The notes under the pieces: model-generated
What the model was told of the DNA's origin: nothing
The model's input: only the letters and a program-made list of their open reading frames with translations
The model's database searches: none
In this document: positions 11,185 to 24,364 of the stretch, one piece after another
How positions within the stretch are numbered: the first letter of the stretch is position 1
How the letters are laid out: each line of letters begins with the position of its first letter
Position numbers and translations under genes: made by a program
NCBI GenBank assembly: GCA_963924565.1
Contig: OZ004611.1
Coordinates: 21,328,001-21,392,000, forward strand
Length of the DNA stretch: 64,000 bases
Direction of reading: 5' to 3'
From: Ascidiella aspersa
Taxonomy: Eukaryota

Positions 11185-13310
11185 TGTAGAGGAACGACGC
11201 ATGTCTGTTTGTGCTTGTAATTATAGCGTGTTCGCCTGGTAAAGTGTTAAATATTTCACCTCGATACTCATTTCCTTTCGTGGTCGTTCTGGCAAATCCA
11301 GCCGGCATTTCAACTCAATTATTTTTTTTTTTTCATCGCAGTCGCTTTTGTGCTATATAGTGTCACGCTACTGCTGGATAAAAAACTACAGTCAACGATG
11401 CGCTCCTTACTGGCAACACGTGTTTTTACTGCGCTGTAAGTCATTTTATTGAAAGCGAGCTATGCTGAATTATGTGAATGTACAATAAATCTATAAGCGA
11501 CCTGACAGTATGCACTTTGAAATGCCATGGCAGTTTGTTTTAGTTTCGATTTAGTGGAGTCAGATAGCACGGTGGTCATGTCTCACCTGTTGAAATATAC
11601 ATTGGTGACCCCGACGTGATATGAACAAGCAATTAAACCCTTCTAATTTAAATTTTATGCATACTGTCAGGTTGTATAGAAAGTATGTATTAATTTGGTT
11701 TGCTAGCGCAGTTTCTCGCTTGTAAGTATTTTTAAGCTACGCCGATCAGTTATGATTTGTTGAAACGTTTGTTGACAAGTTTATGCCAGCGTTATTGCTT
11801 GTCAATTTGATATTTGATTAGCCGTAATGCAGAGAAAAATCGTTTGACGCTTTAAATTAGTGGTTACGCAAGACTGTTATAGTTATTGTTGCGAAATTAT
11901 GGCCCTTTTTTTGGTAAAGTTTTTAAGGTGAAAATATTACGATCGAGGTTGACTGCAAACACCTCTCTTGATATCTAATCTCAAAACCAATAAACGGATA
12001 GATTCTATCTCAACCAGCACTTACAGAAGTCGTTACTTCAAAAGTGTCAAAGCCACTGCGGCTACTGTCTCTGGTCACGTGTTATGGTGATTAATGTTTT
12101 ATATCTCACCCAAAATAACCTGATCACTTTGTCTGAAATTCCTGCGTCACTTAACCGTTATGATTTATAAGAAGGAAAACAGAGCAGAAGGCCAAACCTT
12201 GTTGCCTATTCCCAACATAACGCGAGATTTATCTCATTTGTGACTGCAAGCGAAAATGCTCTGGGTATTATAAACCCATGATTGCTAAGGCCTTTGATGC
12301 CTCATTTACCTTTCAGACGGTGTGAGATAACCGTCATATAGCCCACATGAAGTTACTAGCATGCAGAGGGTAACTTTCTAGAATAACCTTTTGCGCCAAG
12401 GTTATTATGTCTGCTTTAGGGAACCCATCTTATGAGGACTAGGCGATGTAATTTGTTTTCGCGTTTTTGAGATTAACACCTTACCCCCTTTTAATTGGTA
12501 TTCTAGAGCAAAAGACTCTAAGCAACTAACTTCAGTTTTGCGATTTGAAATTCGAACTACGTTTTAAGACGATAATTTTTTTCTGCATTATAGGCTATTC
12601 AAAAGTGTTTTGCATTGTTGTTTATTGTGCCTTTTAAGTACCATTTCAGACTTGCATCGTGTCGTACAATCAGCTACCCCTGGAATTGTCCGTTTGCCGC
12701 CAAGACAAGTAATTCATAAACCTTTTTCGCTCTATTGAACGCCACGATTCCCAACTCGTGCTGCTTCCATATTGCACGAATTTACGACGTTCTGCGTTTG
12801 CTGGTCGATTCGTGATCGGATCCTGGAAAGATTTTAAAGAAGAAGCGCGGCCCAACAAAATGCTCGAGACCTTTTTCGTTTTCCAGGGAGAGGGAAAAGA
12901 TGTAGAGGAACGACGCATGTCTGTTTGTGCTTGTAATTATAGCGTGTTCGCCTGGTAAAGTGTTAAATATTTCACCTCGATACTCATTTCCTTTCGTGGC
13001 CGTTCTGGCAAATCCAGCCGGCATTTCAACTCAATTAATCCCCATCGCAGTCGCTCTTGTGCTATATAGTGTCACGCTACTGCTGGATAAAAAACTACAG
13101 TCAACGATGTGCTCCTTACTGGCAACACGTGTTTTTACTGCACTGTAAGCCATTTTATTGAAAGCGAGCTACGCTGAATTATGTGAATGTACAATAAATA
13201 TATAAGCGACCTGACAGTATGCACTTTGAAATGCCATGGCAGTTTGTTTTAGTTTCGATTTAGTGGAGTCAGATAGCACGGTGGTCATGTCTCACCTGTT
13301 GAAATATACA
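11185..13310 (+). mobile_element. Non-autonomous LTR retrotransposon (TRIM/LARD-like, Gypsy-type priming)
   Basis: LTRs 11185-11601 and 12901-13310 (TG...CA; about 7 substitutions plus one T-run indel). TSD GGCC at 11181-11184 and 13311-13314. PBS TGGTGACCCCGACGTGAT (tRNA-Trp) at 11603-11620. PPT agggagagggaaaaga before the 3' LTR. No gag/pol ORF inside. Confidence 0.93.
11819..12597. mobile_element. Probable TIR element nested inside the LTR element
   Basis: tagccgtaatgcagagaaaaatcgt at 11819 is an imperfect inverted repeat of acgataatttttttctgcattataggcta ending near 12597. Confidence 0.5.
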
Positions 13311-15829
13311 GGCCTAAGTGTTCCTCTTTTTTTGTCAAAATATCTGTAATGTCCCTAAAACCACATTCAACTAAATATGTAGTCGGAAATGGAAGAAGTG
13401 TTTGCTCTGCAACCGTTACTTTGGCATACTTAGCACAAACTTGTGGATCCAACCACGTTAGCAGTTTTTTAAATGAGTGAATTGGTTAAGTTGCTCTCGA
13501 GCATTGGCTTTGGCATTTTGCAGAATTTAAAATCTTATGTTTTACCCTTTCTTTATTACTTTTACGTACTTATAACCATGCTAAAACAAACAAACAGTAT
13601 AAAAACCTGTATTTTAAGCCTGTTTATAACAGGCCTACTAAAACGAAAACTGTTTTTGCGATTTGCGCGAATGTCTTCTGTCTTTCTTGAGTGTTCCACG
13701 CGATTTGTCGGCATCTTTACAGACAAATAGCGTCTTATATGCACTGAGGCACTATCTCCAACGAAAGTTTAACAAACTTAGTCTAATATTTATATATATT
13801 TTACGCTTCTGTCGAATGTATTCCGTCTTTAAAATATGAACGATATACCGATCATTTTCTAAACTCTTAAACATTATACCGATTCACAATTTTTGACCAA
13901 ATTTAGTTAATGCCATGTTGTGTGTTTCTCCCGATTTATATCGTCTTTGCAATATGGCCGTTGTACCGCAAGTAACATCGGTAACTTAAAGAGCCAAAAA
14001 AACATTTTACGTTTTTTTGTGCGAAATTTTTACGTAGGCTATTTTAATCTTAAATTTTGGGTCAACGTGCCCCACAACTTCATAAACGTTAATATATCAA
14101 GCAATGTGTATTTTTTATCTGTGCTCAATGTGTCATGCCCCCCCTCTAATTCTAAATTAATTTTTTTTTAGTACCAATTTCGTCTTCGCGCGATGCCTTT
14201 TGGCTTTCTTAAATTTTGACTTAAATTGCACATTTTCGCACAACTCAAAACGTAATATGAAGTTCATTAGCTTATTTTTTTATAGCGTCAGAGTATGACG
14301 TCATATTACGTGTATTTGAGATCCTGCTTTTGACCCACCACAACATTTTAAGTTTCTCATACGGCCCGCGGTTAAAAATAATTGCCCAGCCCTGTTCTTG
14401 GTCGTTATTGCAAACATTGCGCCAGAAAAGTTACAACCGAACCACACATGTAAAAGATCCCATTAACAAACTAAAGGCATGTGATTATTCACTTTAAAAC
14501 GTAGGATTTTAAATCGTTACTTATAACTCTCTTCGTATCCGCCAACAGCAAAATTCGCAACTAATAGATCAATATTTGCGATCGAGTCAGCAAGTAACAC
14601 CAAATTTCCTATCGAAAATTAACCCGAGAATCCCAAAACAACCAAACATCCCGAAAAGCAGCATAAAACATCATTGAACTCAAAAGTAACAATTCTACTT
14701 TCGTTTTACTTGCCGGCAAACAAATGTCCTCTTTTTGGGTGCTGAAAATATGGTAGCCCTTATTGGAAGTCATATTGGAAGTCATATCAAATAAAAAATG
14801 CAATAAAACTGACATATACGACAATTACTTTTTCTGGTGGGCTTAATATGAGCACAATAGGGACCTTACGAATCTACGAAAATTATTACCAATTTTTGGC
14901 CTGATGAATTGACATGAAATGACCTAAATATAAAAAAGTACGATTAACATGGTACGGTAACTACAAGATCTTTGGCAACAGGTTCCCCTGGTTGTTTGTG
15001 TTAGACTAGCCTACTGACAAAGAGCTAAAACGTAAACTTTATTGCAAAGCTAGGACAAATATCTGCACGTTAAAAACTATTCGTTCTTTGACCAATAATA
15101 CTATAATATCATTGTTCTAAACACTCTAAACTGTGCGAAACACAAAAGTTATTCATTAGGCCCATAGTAATCGATGTTCACCCATGGTTACGGCACTTGA
15201 GCACTGAAGAGCGCAGTTCACAAATTAAACGCCATGTTTGCCCCATAGAAACATAAACAACTGTTATTTATTGGTTTCAAATGGCGTAAAATGTTACCAG
15301 GGAAAAAATATTAAGTTAAATAAACAACAGTTATAACAAGATTTGTTGTCGAGTCGATACAATAGTGACAGCGCTAAATCCAAATCCGCACGGTGGCGAC
15401 CAAGTTATCGCGGTTGCTACACAGAAGTCCGACACATAGTTTGTTTATTTTTCATCTCAGTTATAAACAAGAAGATAAGTATGCGAATTGAACGATGTAT
15501 TTGGTGCAAATCATTAGTGTCAAAGCTATATCGTATCAAGAAACATGTTTACACAGCGGCGCGCTTTAAACCTTTAGTCGAATCTTTTAAGAAACGATCA
15601 AAGTCAAAAGTTTGAACGAAGCTAAGGGCACAGGTTATCAAATTGCAATAGATTAGGTTAGGTTTGACATGGACTTATAGGTTTAGTTTAATTAATGAAG
15701 ATCAATGTCAGTTCCTTGGGCTGTAATAAAAGAATAAGATAGCATATAAAACTCATTGCAATTTGTTTATAAGAAAAGCTAGGGAAGCATCAATTTATTA
15801 AAACTTGTAAAATTAAGGTGTTTTTTCCT

Positions 15830-16040
15830 GACACTGGTCTAGACTCCAACCACTTTTCTACAGTAACTAAATAATTTTTCAAAATTGAAATTGCAAGAAA
15901 GAAAGAAATATGAGAGAATAAATATAGTAATAATACTTGACCTACCCCCAATCCCAAACCATAACTCACACCCTAACCCAAATAATGTCAGCAATATAAA
16001 CCCCTAGACAAAAATAGGTTAGACTTCAAGACCAGCGCTC
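15830..16040. mobile_element. MITE, second copy of the 2857-3068 family
   Basis: gacactggtctagactccaaccac ... agaccagcgct termini; shares the internal tgaaattgcaag...aaatatgagagaataaatata. Confidence 0.65.
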
Positions 16041-16436
16041 ATTTCCCTCGCAGGAATATTATTATTAATCAATGAAGTAATGTTTAACCTTGATTTTTTT
16101 GTTTAAAGGTTAATCAGTAATAGTTAAAATGAAAATTTAGTTGACAACCTATAAAAATTGTTTAATTGTCATTGAATTGTAAGTATAAATGTTTCAACTA
16201 TGCACCTACAAAAAAGATTTTCAAGGCTATTTGGCTAGGTCCCAGTCAGTTAACATGCTACATAATTATTGGTTTAGTAGTTTGCAAAAACCTTAGGCCT
16301 ATGATGTCAATTCAGAGTTTACATAGAATATATTGTAGATGCCTTTATCAGTGCCAAAAGAATCACTAATATATGTGTTTTGTTTACATCTTATTTTAGC
16401 TACAAGCGTGGTTTGCTGAATTTGCAGTTGGCTGCA

Positions 16437-18736
16437 ATGCGGGGATGTGTTATGGTACAAAGCATGGCACGAAAACCATTTCACAAAAGTGCAATTTCGC
16501 AAGAGCTACAAGACCTAACAGATGACAGGTTAGTAGCCAAATTAGATGCACATGAAAAATATATACAAATGCACAAATATTTTTTGCTTCTTTGTAAAAT
16601 ATCAACCGTAATGTTGAAAAAACAAGATAAACAACATGTAGGGTCTGATCTGCACTTTATGTAACTTGTCAAAAAGCTTATGTGTCCAACAAAACTATTT
16701 GCATTTAGGTGTGCAATCATGTTTGTTCGCATACCTGATGTTTGGATTTCTAGCAGAATTATATAAACCTTTTTTTGAATTTAGATGCGCAATGTACTAA
16801 TTCAGGTGTTTACACAAATTGATTTAACAATCTCTGAGGTCCACCAGCCACAGAATGCAGATTGGCCAGGGTCAAGATATAACTGAAAACTTAAAACATG
16901 ATAAATTTCAATATTTTTTCAAATGCAATCACTTTTTAACTCTTTGTTCTTGTAAAATTATTCACTTAATGAAAAGCAAAAATAACGTGTCTAAAGTTTG
17001 ACATTATTTTAACATTATCATATTTTCAGGTACAGAGATCTAAGGCGGCCTCGGATTGTTATGTTTTACAAGAATGGAGACAGGTGTGAAATTATTTTAA
17101 TTGTTTTTGTATGTTTGAGGGTTTTGCAGGCCATTAAAATAATAATTTTGTGGTTTGTAGAGTAAATTGTACAACTTTCGTTAACTGATTCGTGAAATTA
17201 TTTCTAAAAAATTATTGTTGCATAATTTTTAACTGTGCAATGTAAGGAAACCAAGTTGCAAAATATATCATAGTAACAGCAAATTCCAAACTAAACAAAA
17301 TGCATAGAGATTATGCCCAAAATAAATTATTTTAAAAAGTTTGTTTGTGGTATTTCAGATATTTCAAGGGTAAAACTTTGCATATCACTCCTCATCGTTA
17401 TCTGCACTATGAAGAACTTCTGTCAGATTTATCAAAATCGATGTCCCTGCCATACGGAGTAAGAAAAATATACACTCCAATAGGTATGTAAAATAGTAAG
17501 GTTAAGTAAATATGACCCTTTCAAAGAACTTATCTTTCTGATGACCTGTATTTTTTTTAAATAATTTCCAGTTTTTAACGAGATTTTCACAATACTTTTA
17601 ATTCTTTGATCCATTCTTTAAGTAATGGCCTAGTTTAAATTGTGATAATAGCAAAGTAAATCCAAATCTAATCATTTAGCTTTGTAGTGAAAAAAAAAGT
17701 ACAGGAATACTATAAATATTAACTATTTTTAATTATATTATTACAAAAAAGTATTATTTAGGTTTGTTACCATATTGACTTCTTTAACTTACTTTTTATC
17801 TTGAAAGCATTCTGCCACAAAATATATACTCCAGTAGCATACAGCTAACGAGGTTTGTTGGGCACTTAAGTTTGGTTTACAGATTTTCTGTTTGTTGTTT
17901 TGTGTTTTAATTGTAATTGTTTTAATTTGAACTGGAAACTGGCTACATATTTTATTATGAAAAACGGCTACCTATATATAAAATTTTTTTTTGCTATTTA
18001 CTATTTTTTTTTTAATATTTATGTTCTTAATTTTAAGTGGAAATAAGTTGTCACTGCATGGAATATTTTGCTCACATTTAAAATTGATTTTTATCGAATT
18101 ATCACTTCACTATTGATTTGTGTCAGCATGCTGTGATTAGTCGAAATGCATTGTTAAATTAAAACACAAAAACAAGTCAACAATATTTGCTTTTGTTTTT
18201 GTAAAATTATTAAATATAAAAGAAATAATAAGGAAAATTAATTTCATTATAACAGAGAGGCTAAGCTAAGGATACAAAACAATAGGCTCTTTTGGTTTAT
18301 TTTAGTGTGCAAGATGTATTGAAGTCAATTTTGAAATTTTTTAGTTTTGTTTTTTACCACTTTACATATTGTGCATTTATTTCCATTACATTGGTTTGTT
18401 TGTGAATTGATTTTTTTGGTATGATTTGGTTTTGACTATTTATTTCGTAACTATGTTTTAAAAAAAAACAACATATTTTATAAAAGAGTTGCGGAAAAGC
18501 TACTTATATATCTGTTTATTATATATGAAAACATGTAAGATACTCGGTGTAAACGTTTTGTGTAAAATCTGAATTGATTGGTTGTAATATTTTTTTTACT
18601 TACCTTTTGCATTACTTAGGTGGAACCCTCATTGAGGATATAGAAGAGTTGAAAGATGGAGAGTCATACGTTTGTGCATCATTCGAAAAGTTTCAAAGAA
18701 TAAAGTATGGAATGTACACAGAGCATGGACATTTGC
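16437..18736 (+). CDS. DCLK3: DCLK3-like 5' module A, N-terminal DCX domain; exons 16437-16528, 17030-17083, 17359-17483, 18620-18736
   Basis: Spliced product ...RRPRIVMFYKNGDRYFKGKTLHITPHRYLHYEELLSDLSKSMSLPYGVRKIYTPIGGTLIEDIEELKDGESYVCASFEKF, a canonical DCX signature (FYxNGDRYFKG, LPxGVRxIYT, GESYVCAS). It ends in phase 1 at a GTAAGT donor with no stop. The start ATG (16437, 16452 or 16464) is uncertain. Confidence 0.8.
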
Positions 18737-20829
18737 GTAAGTTGTAGTGTTAGCTTAGTGTTTAAAAGTTTCTCTTGAACTGACATTAAGCATTTTCAAA
18801 TCAACTGAATCTCCTGGAGTTCTTGATTCGTGCTTTCGATGGAATCTGTTCGCCAGAAAATGTTGTTGCTATGTCTTTCATTTTCAAAATAAACTTGTTT
18901 TAATTTATTTTTGAAAAAACCTTCGAGTGTGGGCAGAGTTTTCTGTCAAGCAAGTTGAAATCAACTTTTAATTTGTCATAGGGAATAAATTGAAAACTGT
19001 TTTTTACTTAGATGGAAACCAGTAATGTTTATATTCACTATAAGTTTGCATTATTCAGATTTATTGATCAGAAAACAGCAGAAAAAAATAAAATGTCTGA
19101 AAACAGTATCACGTTTTTTTTTTAAATCGAGTTAAACTGGATTTAAAACTCATCTATATTGTGACATCATATATATTTTTCAGAACTTTTTAAAATTCTG
19201 TAGCTTTCATATCTTGACTTTATAGGATTTGTAATAACCTTTCCAATTCTCCTCCGAGTCGAGTTTGTTGGAAATGTGAATTAGTTTATTCAGCCAAACA
19301 AACGCTATCAATTTATTGCGATTACGTTACTGTTTTAGTTGTCGAAACAAGGCAGGCGTTTTTAACCGGAGGCAGCGTGTTTTCACTGTTAAAAGGAATT
19401 CAGAAATATGTCAGTCATAAAGCGTTTCTTTCCAGCTCGAAAAGGCGAAAGCATAACGCCACCGCAGAAGATAGACGCGTAGACCCTTGCGCTTGTAGCA
19501 TTGTGCCACGTCCCCTCAATTGGCACAAGACAATGGCTCAAGTGGCCATTCAACCACCGCCCATCTGGTCTATTATGGCACCGCTCAGGCCAAAGCCTGG
19601 ACATCGCCTTATTAAAACGAGTGATCTTGACTGTTGGGCTGTGCAAGCACTTTGCGAGCTGATATGGTGAAGGCTTGCACGATTTATCGCCTTTTTGTCG
19701 ACAATTGTTCTTGGAAATGCTGGCAAACAAAACCTGTATTTTCTATATTACACCTTCGAAAAATAACTTTTCTAAAAGTTTTGTTTGAAATTTATTTTTT
19801 ATTATCTTACTTCACTGTACTATCGCGGGTCGTGGCTTTTTTTTACATTTTTTTAAACGCAACACTTCGTATAAGCTGATATGTGAGAAAAATAGCTCGA
19901 TTGAATCAATGAATTGCACACAAAGGTCTCCTGTGTGGCTAAACGGAGCAGTCTTGAGGGGGCCATAAGCGTACATTTTTTAAAATATTAGCGAGGTGCC
20001 ACATTGTGTTGATAGTCCACCACTCATGAAAAGGCTGAGAACCACTATCATACACCTTTATATATTTACATATATATATTGTTTTAAGAGCAATACTAGT
20101 TTTCATACTAAATCACACTACATCCAATTAGGCACTCTTATTCTGCGCAATCACACACTTTGATACCAACGACTTGCATTTTAATTTTCTAATAATCTCC
20201 AGTCACAGAAAAGCTAGATCATGGTTGTTCAGACGGACTAGATCACAGTTGTTAAACACATGTGTATGTGTATCTTTTAATCTAAAATCTCCTTGTAGGT
20301 CATCAGCTCAGTGTAATATTTTTTACCAAGGTTGGAAAACCAAGTTATGCCGATTTTGCTTGATCGTGATTATAACAACTTATTTAAAGGTTAGGCCGGC
20401 TGTTCAACGACAGGCGAATACGAAAGGCGCTCGGCTCTTGTAAACCGCCGTAAATTGTCAGTGTATAGAATAGATAAACAGCATTCACCTACGCAAGGAA
20501 AAAATCTCGTTGTTTTGTATATTTGCTGTGGCCGTTAAATCGCAACACTTAGTACGGCTGTCGCCAAAATTAAACGCCAGTTTACTTGCTTGGTTTTGTC
20601 GATTACGTTTGTCGAGTTGTACCAAAGGCCAAGTATTCATTTCTAATTCTTTTAAAGTTTGTATTATAGAATAGATGAATGACATTCACCTACGCAAGGG
20701 AAAAATCTCGTGGTTTTGTATATTTGCTGTGACCGTTAAATCGCAAAACTTACTACGGCTGTCGCCAGAAATCCAAACGCCAGCCTTTTAACAGCGAGCG
20801 GTCATCACCTTGTTGTTTTTGCTAGCCGC

Positions 20830-20843
20830 GTTGCCATAGCGAC
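20830..20843. promoter_or_regulatory. RFX X-box-like motif
   Basis: GTTGCCATAGCGAC, near-palindromic match to GTTGCCATGGCAAC. Confidence 0.5.
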
Positions 20844-22306
20844 CGGTCTCGCCCTGAATCAGGCCCTTGTCCGTGTGCTACGTCATCACAACTTATGGCG
20901 AGGGGATTAGCCCACGTCAAGTGTCCCGTCCAATTTTATTGTAGCCGTTTTCGAGGGCTCGATTTCCATTGTTTCACTTCGGCGTATTGCACACAAGGCG
21001 GAGAATAGACTCCAGACATCCGACGTTGTCCGGGTCTTGTCGCCGAACTTGGCTTTCGATTACTTTTGGCTCATGAAATTGACTCTAACACTACCTTCTG
21101 TTTGAATTTACTATATGCTGTTGATTTTTGCCTAAAGATCGACACTACATTTCATCTAAGTTCAACCCTAAAAATCCAATGTTTTTTTAACTTCCTATAT
21201 CCTTCACAGGTATTTTTATATTTATTGACGGTTAAATGTTTTTGAAATCTGTTGGGGTTCTTGTAAATAGGTTTTCTCGGTTTTTATACCCTCATTTTAT
21301 GTTAAAAAAACATATTTGTATGTAAAGTATTTAAACTAGGGTTTCTTAAGTGACCTGTTCAGACCCATATAGGAGGCCCACGATTACTTGATATTTCAGT
21401 TAATAAACAGTCTAACACAAAATTACTATTTTTAAATACGACTTCAGAGACCTCTAAATTGCAACATTCCGTGACGCATTAAAAGGGGGACGCTAATTAT
21501 AAAAGCATGAGGACCACTGCATGAACCTTCACTTTCGGGCGTCGCCAATTTATACAAGCATGCGCCCTAATTGACAGCACATAAACTTAACACGGAAAAT
21601 AAAGTTTAAACGTCTGTTGTTTTAGCATCCGATTGGTATGTTTTAAACGGGTAGCCTTTATTTAAAACGAAAAAAAAAATTGTGAAATGCGTAACAACTA
21701 GGGTTTACGAGGAACATAATTATGCTACTGAAAAAATCTCTTCTTAAAAATATTCTTTTCGTCTTATAAAATCTATGACTCGTTGGACATGCATCTACTT
21801 CTTTACCCAAATGCATTCTGGTCGGAAATTTCTTATTTATTTCTTTGCTGGAATTTTTTTGATCCCTTAACAACAATGTTCTTGTGTTTCAAGGAGGTCC
21901 TAAAATAATAAGCTGCTCATGGCAGCATAATGGACATTGTTTCTCTTTTAGAAAGTAGTTAAATATATAATCCACTGAAAAGGTCCTATACGTTGATAAT
22001 TAATTTCGTGTATAAAAAAAACAAAATAAGCAAAACACTCGCCCGCTAATACGCACAATTTTAGGGCGAGTATCGCGAAAAGCTGCACATGTCCACAATC
22101 GAACTCGCGCCGCAGAAAAAGCAGCGCAAAGTTTACAAAAGCAAACCCGATAAGCGGATCGCCTTGGCGCACAATGGCGCCGAAAATCGCGCATAAACCG
22201 AACCAACAGTGGACTGAGCTTAGGGTCGGGCGGCGTTGCTCTTCAATGTACTGTTGAGTGGCCCTCTCTCCATGCCCCGTGGCCAATGACGGTCAGAATT
22301 TTTTTT

Positions 22307-22321
22307 GTTGCCACGGGCGAC
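22307..22321. promoter_or_regulatory. RFX X-box-like motif
   Basis: GTTGCCACGGGCGAC in a CpG-rich patch. Confidence 0.4.
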
Positions 22322-24364
22322 GCGTTGGCTTGGCATGGCGCGTAGTACGAGCGTTATCGAAATATCTTGTTTTCGTTGCAGTATTTATTCGCCGGCTAGT
22401 TATCGTGGCGCATTTTTACCTTATGTAAATTCATATGGAGTTTTTTTGGTTCTTGAGTCCGCCTACCCCTGAAACAAACGGGTACTTGCTTGGTTTTCTC
22501 CATTACGTTTGTCGGGCTGTACCAAAGTCCTGGTATTCGTTTCCAATTCTTTAAAAGTTAAAAATAATCCCCTTTTTGTGGTTAAAATGTGCGCTTATGT
22601 TCTTAAACTTTTCCTTCAGGTTGAATCGTTTTGAATTCCTCGAAGTGTATTTTCATGTGTGTATGTAAAGCGAAATTTTGGCGTAAATAGTTGCAATTGA
22701 TTCAAATTGTCATAAGCGTAGAGGTGCTGAACAAAAAAGCTAAAATCAGAGTCTATTTCACGCTGGTCAGGTAAGTTTGGCCCATATTGGCCTAAACGAT
22801 CATAATAGGTTTTAGGCGATGCTATCGCGCTATATTGGCACCTTCGACAAGCGACCGAAAGTCCGTAAAATCTGATTTTTGTTGCCGTGACTGCCCAGCT
22901 TTTGCCGTTTTGTCGTGTATTTACAAGGGTCGATAATAGCGATGTTTTCTCCGATGACAAAAGGTTATCGCTCTGACCACTCATTCTTGTGGGAATGAGA
23001 CTTTAATTGTCCTCCGTGTTTAAAGTAGTATTGCCATCTCATATTGCAATCTCCAAGAGTCATTAAAATATATATAATTGCAAACAAAAGTGTCGTCGAA
23101 TTTGCTTAGGTAAAAATTTTTAATTTTATTTGAATTATCTTCATTATGTTTGCTGCATCTATTTAAAATCAATAAAACTCACTACACAATGATTTGTTCA
23201 AGGTGTATTGTTCTTATGTGTTATCTTCCACAGAAAATCAACTTCAACTCGTTAAACAATGTTTAAGTTGTCTTTATATTGTGGACAAGCACGCTTTTGA
23301 AAACAACTTTTCTGATAACCAGGAATGTTTATCATTCGAGTCACAACACGATATGGTGCTCGGCATATTAACGGAATATGCGCGATTGTCAATTGGCAGC
23401 CTGTTGAAATGTTAAGGTTATTGGACTTTTCAAATTTATCGCTACCCCGTTGAGTGGCCACTTAGGTCTGAATCGCTATTCGTCAAACTTCAATATTAAT
23501 TAGGCGATTGCTCGAAGTTAAGAATCGCTTTGCTTATGCTCTTCAGCGCCACCCACTGGGGTATTTGTTTCTGTGAGCATTGGATGCTCCGTTGTTCGAT
23601 AGACGCCCCAGCCATGCGTGACAGCCTCCCTTATTGATTTATTTATATATACTTTTTTTCAATTAGACCTTGATAAATTAATGGAACAACGACCACAATG
23701 CAATTACTCTTCCATCGACTTGCATAAAAATTCTCATCTATACTTGTTTTACAGACCAGAATGAGTATCTGCACAAAGATAGATTTGTGTTTACCCTCTT
23801 ACCTTATTTGTTTTCGATCTCTCACGATAAGATTTTGCAGCGAATTTTAATAGACAAAAACAGCACAAATTATGTTTTGACTTTAGGGTCTTTTCTACGT
23901 CTTTAACTTACATCTTTCAGACTCGAAAGTTTCCTTGGTTTGTTCATATATGGTTAAAAAGCTCTCTTTCGTTTTGTCAACTCTTAGTTGACTGAAGAAG
24001 TTTCAACAAAAGCCTTGGTCAGGGAACATTAAACCACGTCCTTCGGTTAAATTTTTCCGGCCTGAGGCATTATTTTTAAATGATCCCTAAATACGGTTAT
24101 AACCACTTTATATGACGAAATGTTCAAACTTTGCTGAAATATGTTAAAATTTGACACTAAACGACAATTTCATATCGCCTACTGTCAATCTTAATTTTAT
24201 TTTCTTGCTTTGTTGTGAAATAATCAAGTCATATAAGGTTAAGACAAATTTTTATATTCGGCCCGCTATCTGCAAATATTTACAGTTATCCGGCCCGCGA
24301 CCGCCATTCCTTGCGGTAGTCCGGCCTTTAATGAAAAATGTTTGATGACCGCTGACCTTTAGGC

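Noticed and set aside
11603-11632. tRNA-Trp gene
   Set aside because: Only ~30 nt complementary to the tRNA 3' end including CCA is present; it is a PBS, not a tRNA gene.
11105-13148. Duplicated short ORFs MPAGFART...
   Set aside because: They arise only because the two LTRs are copies of each other; there is no protein signature.
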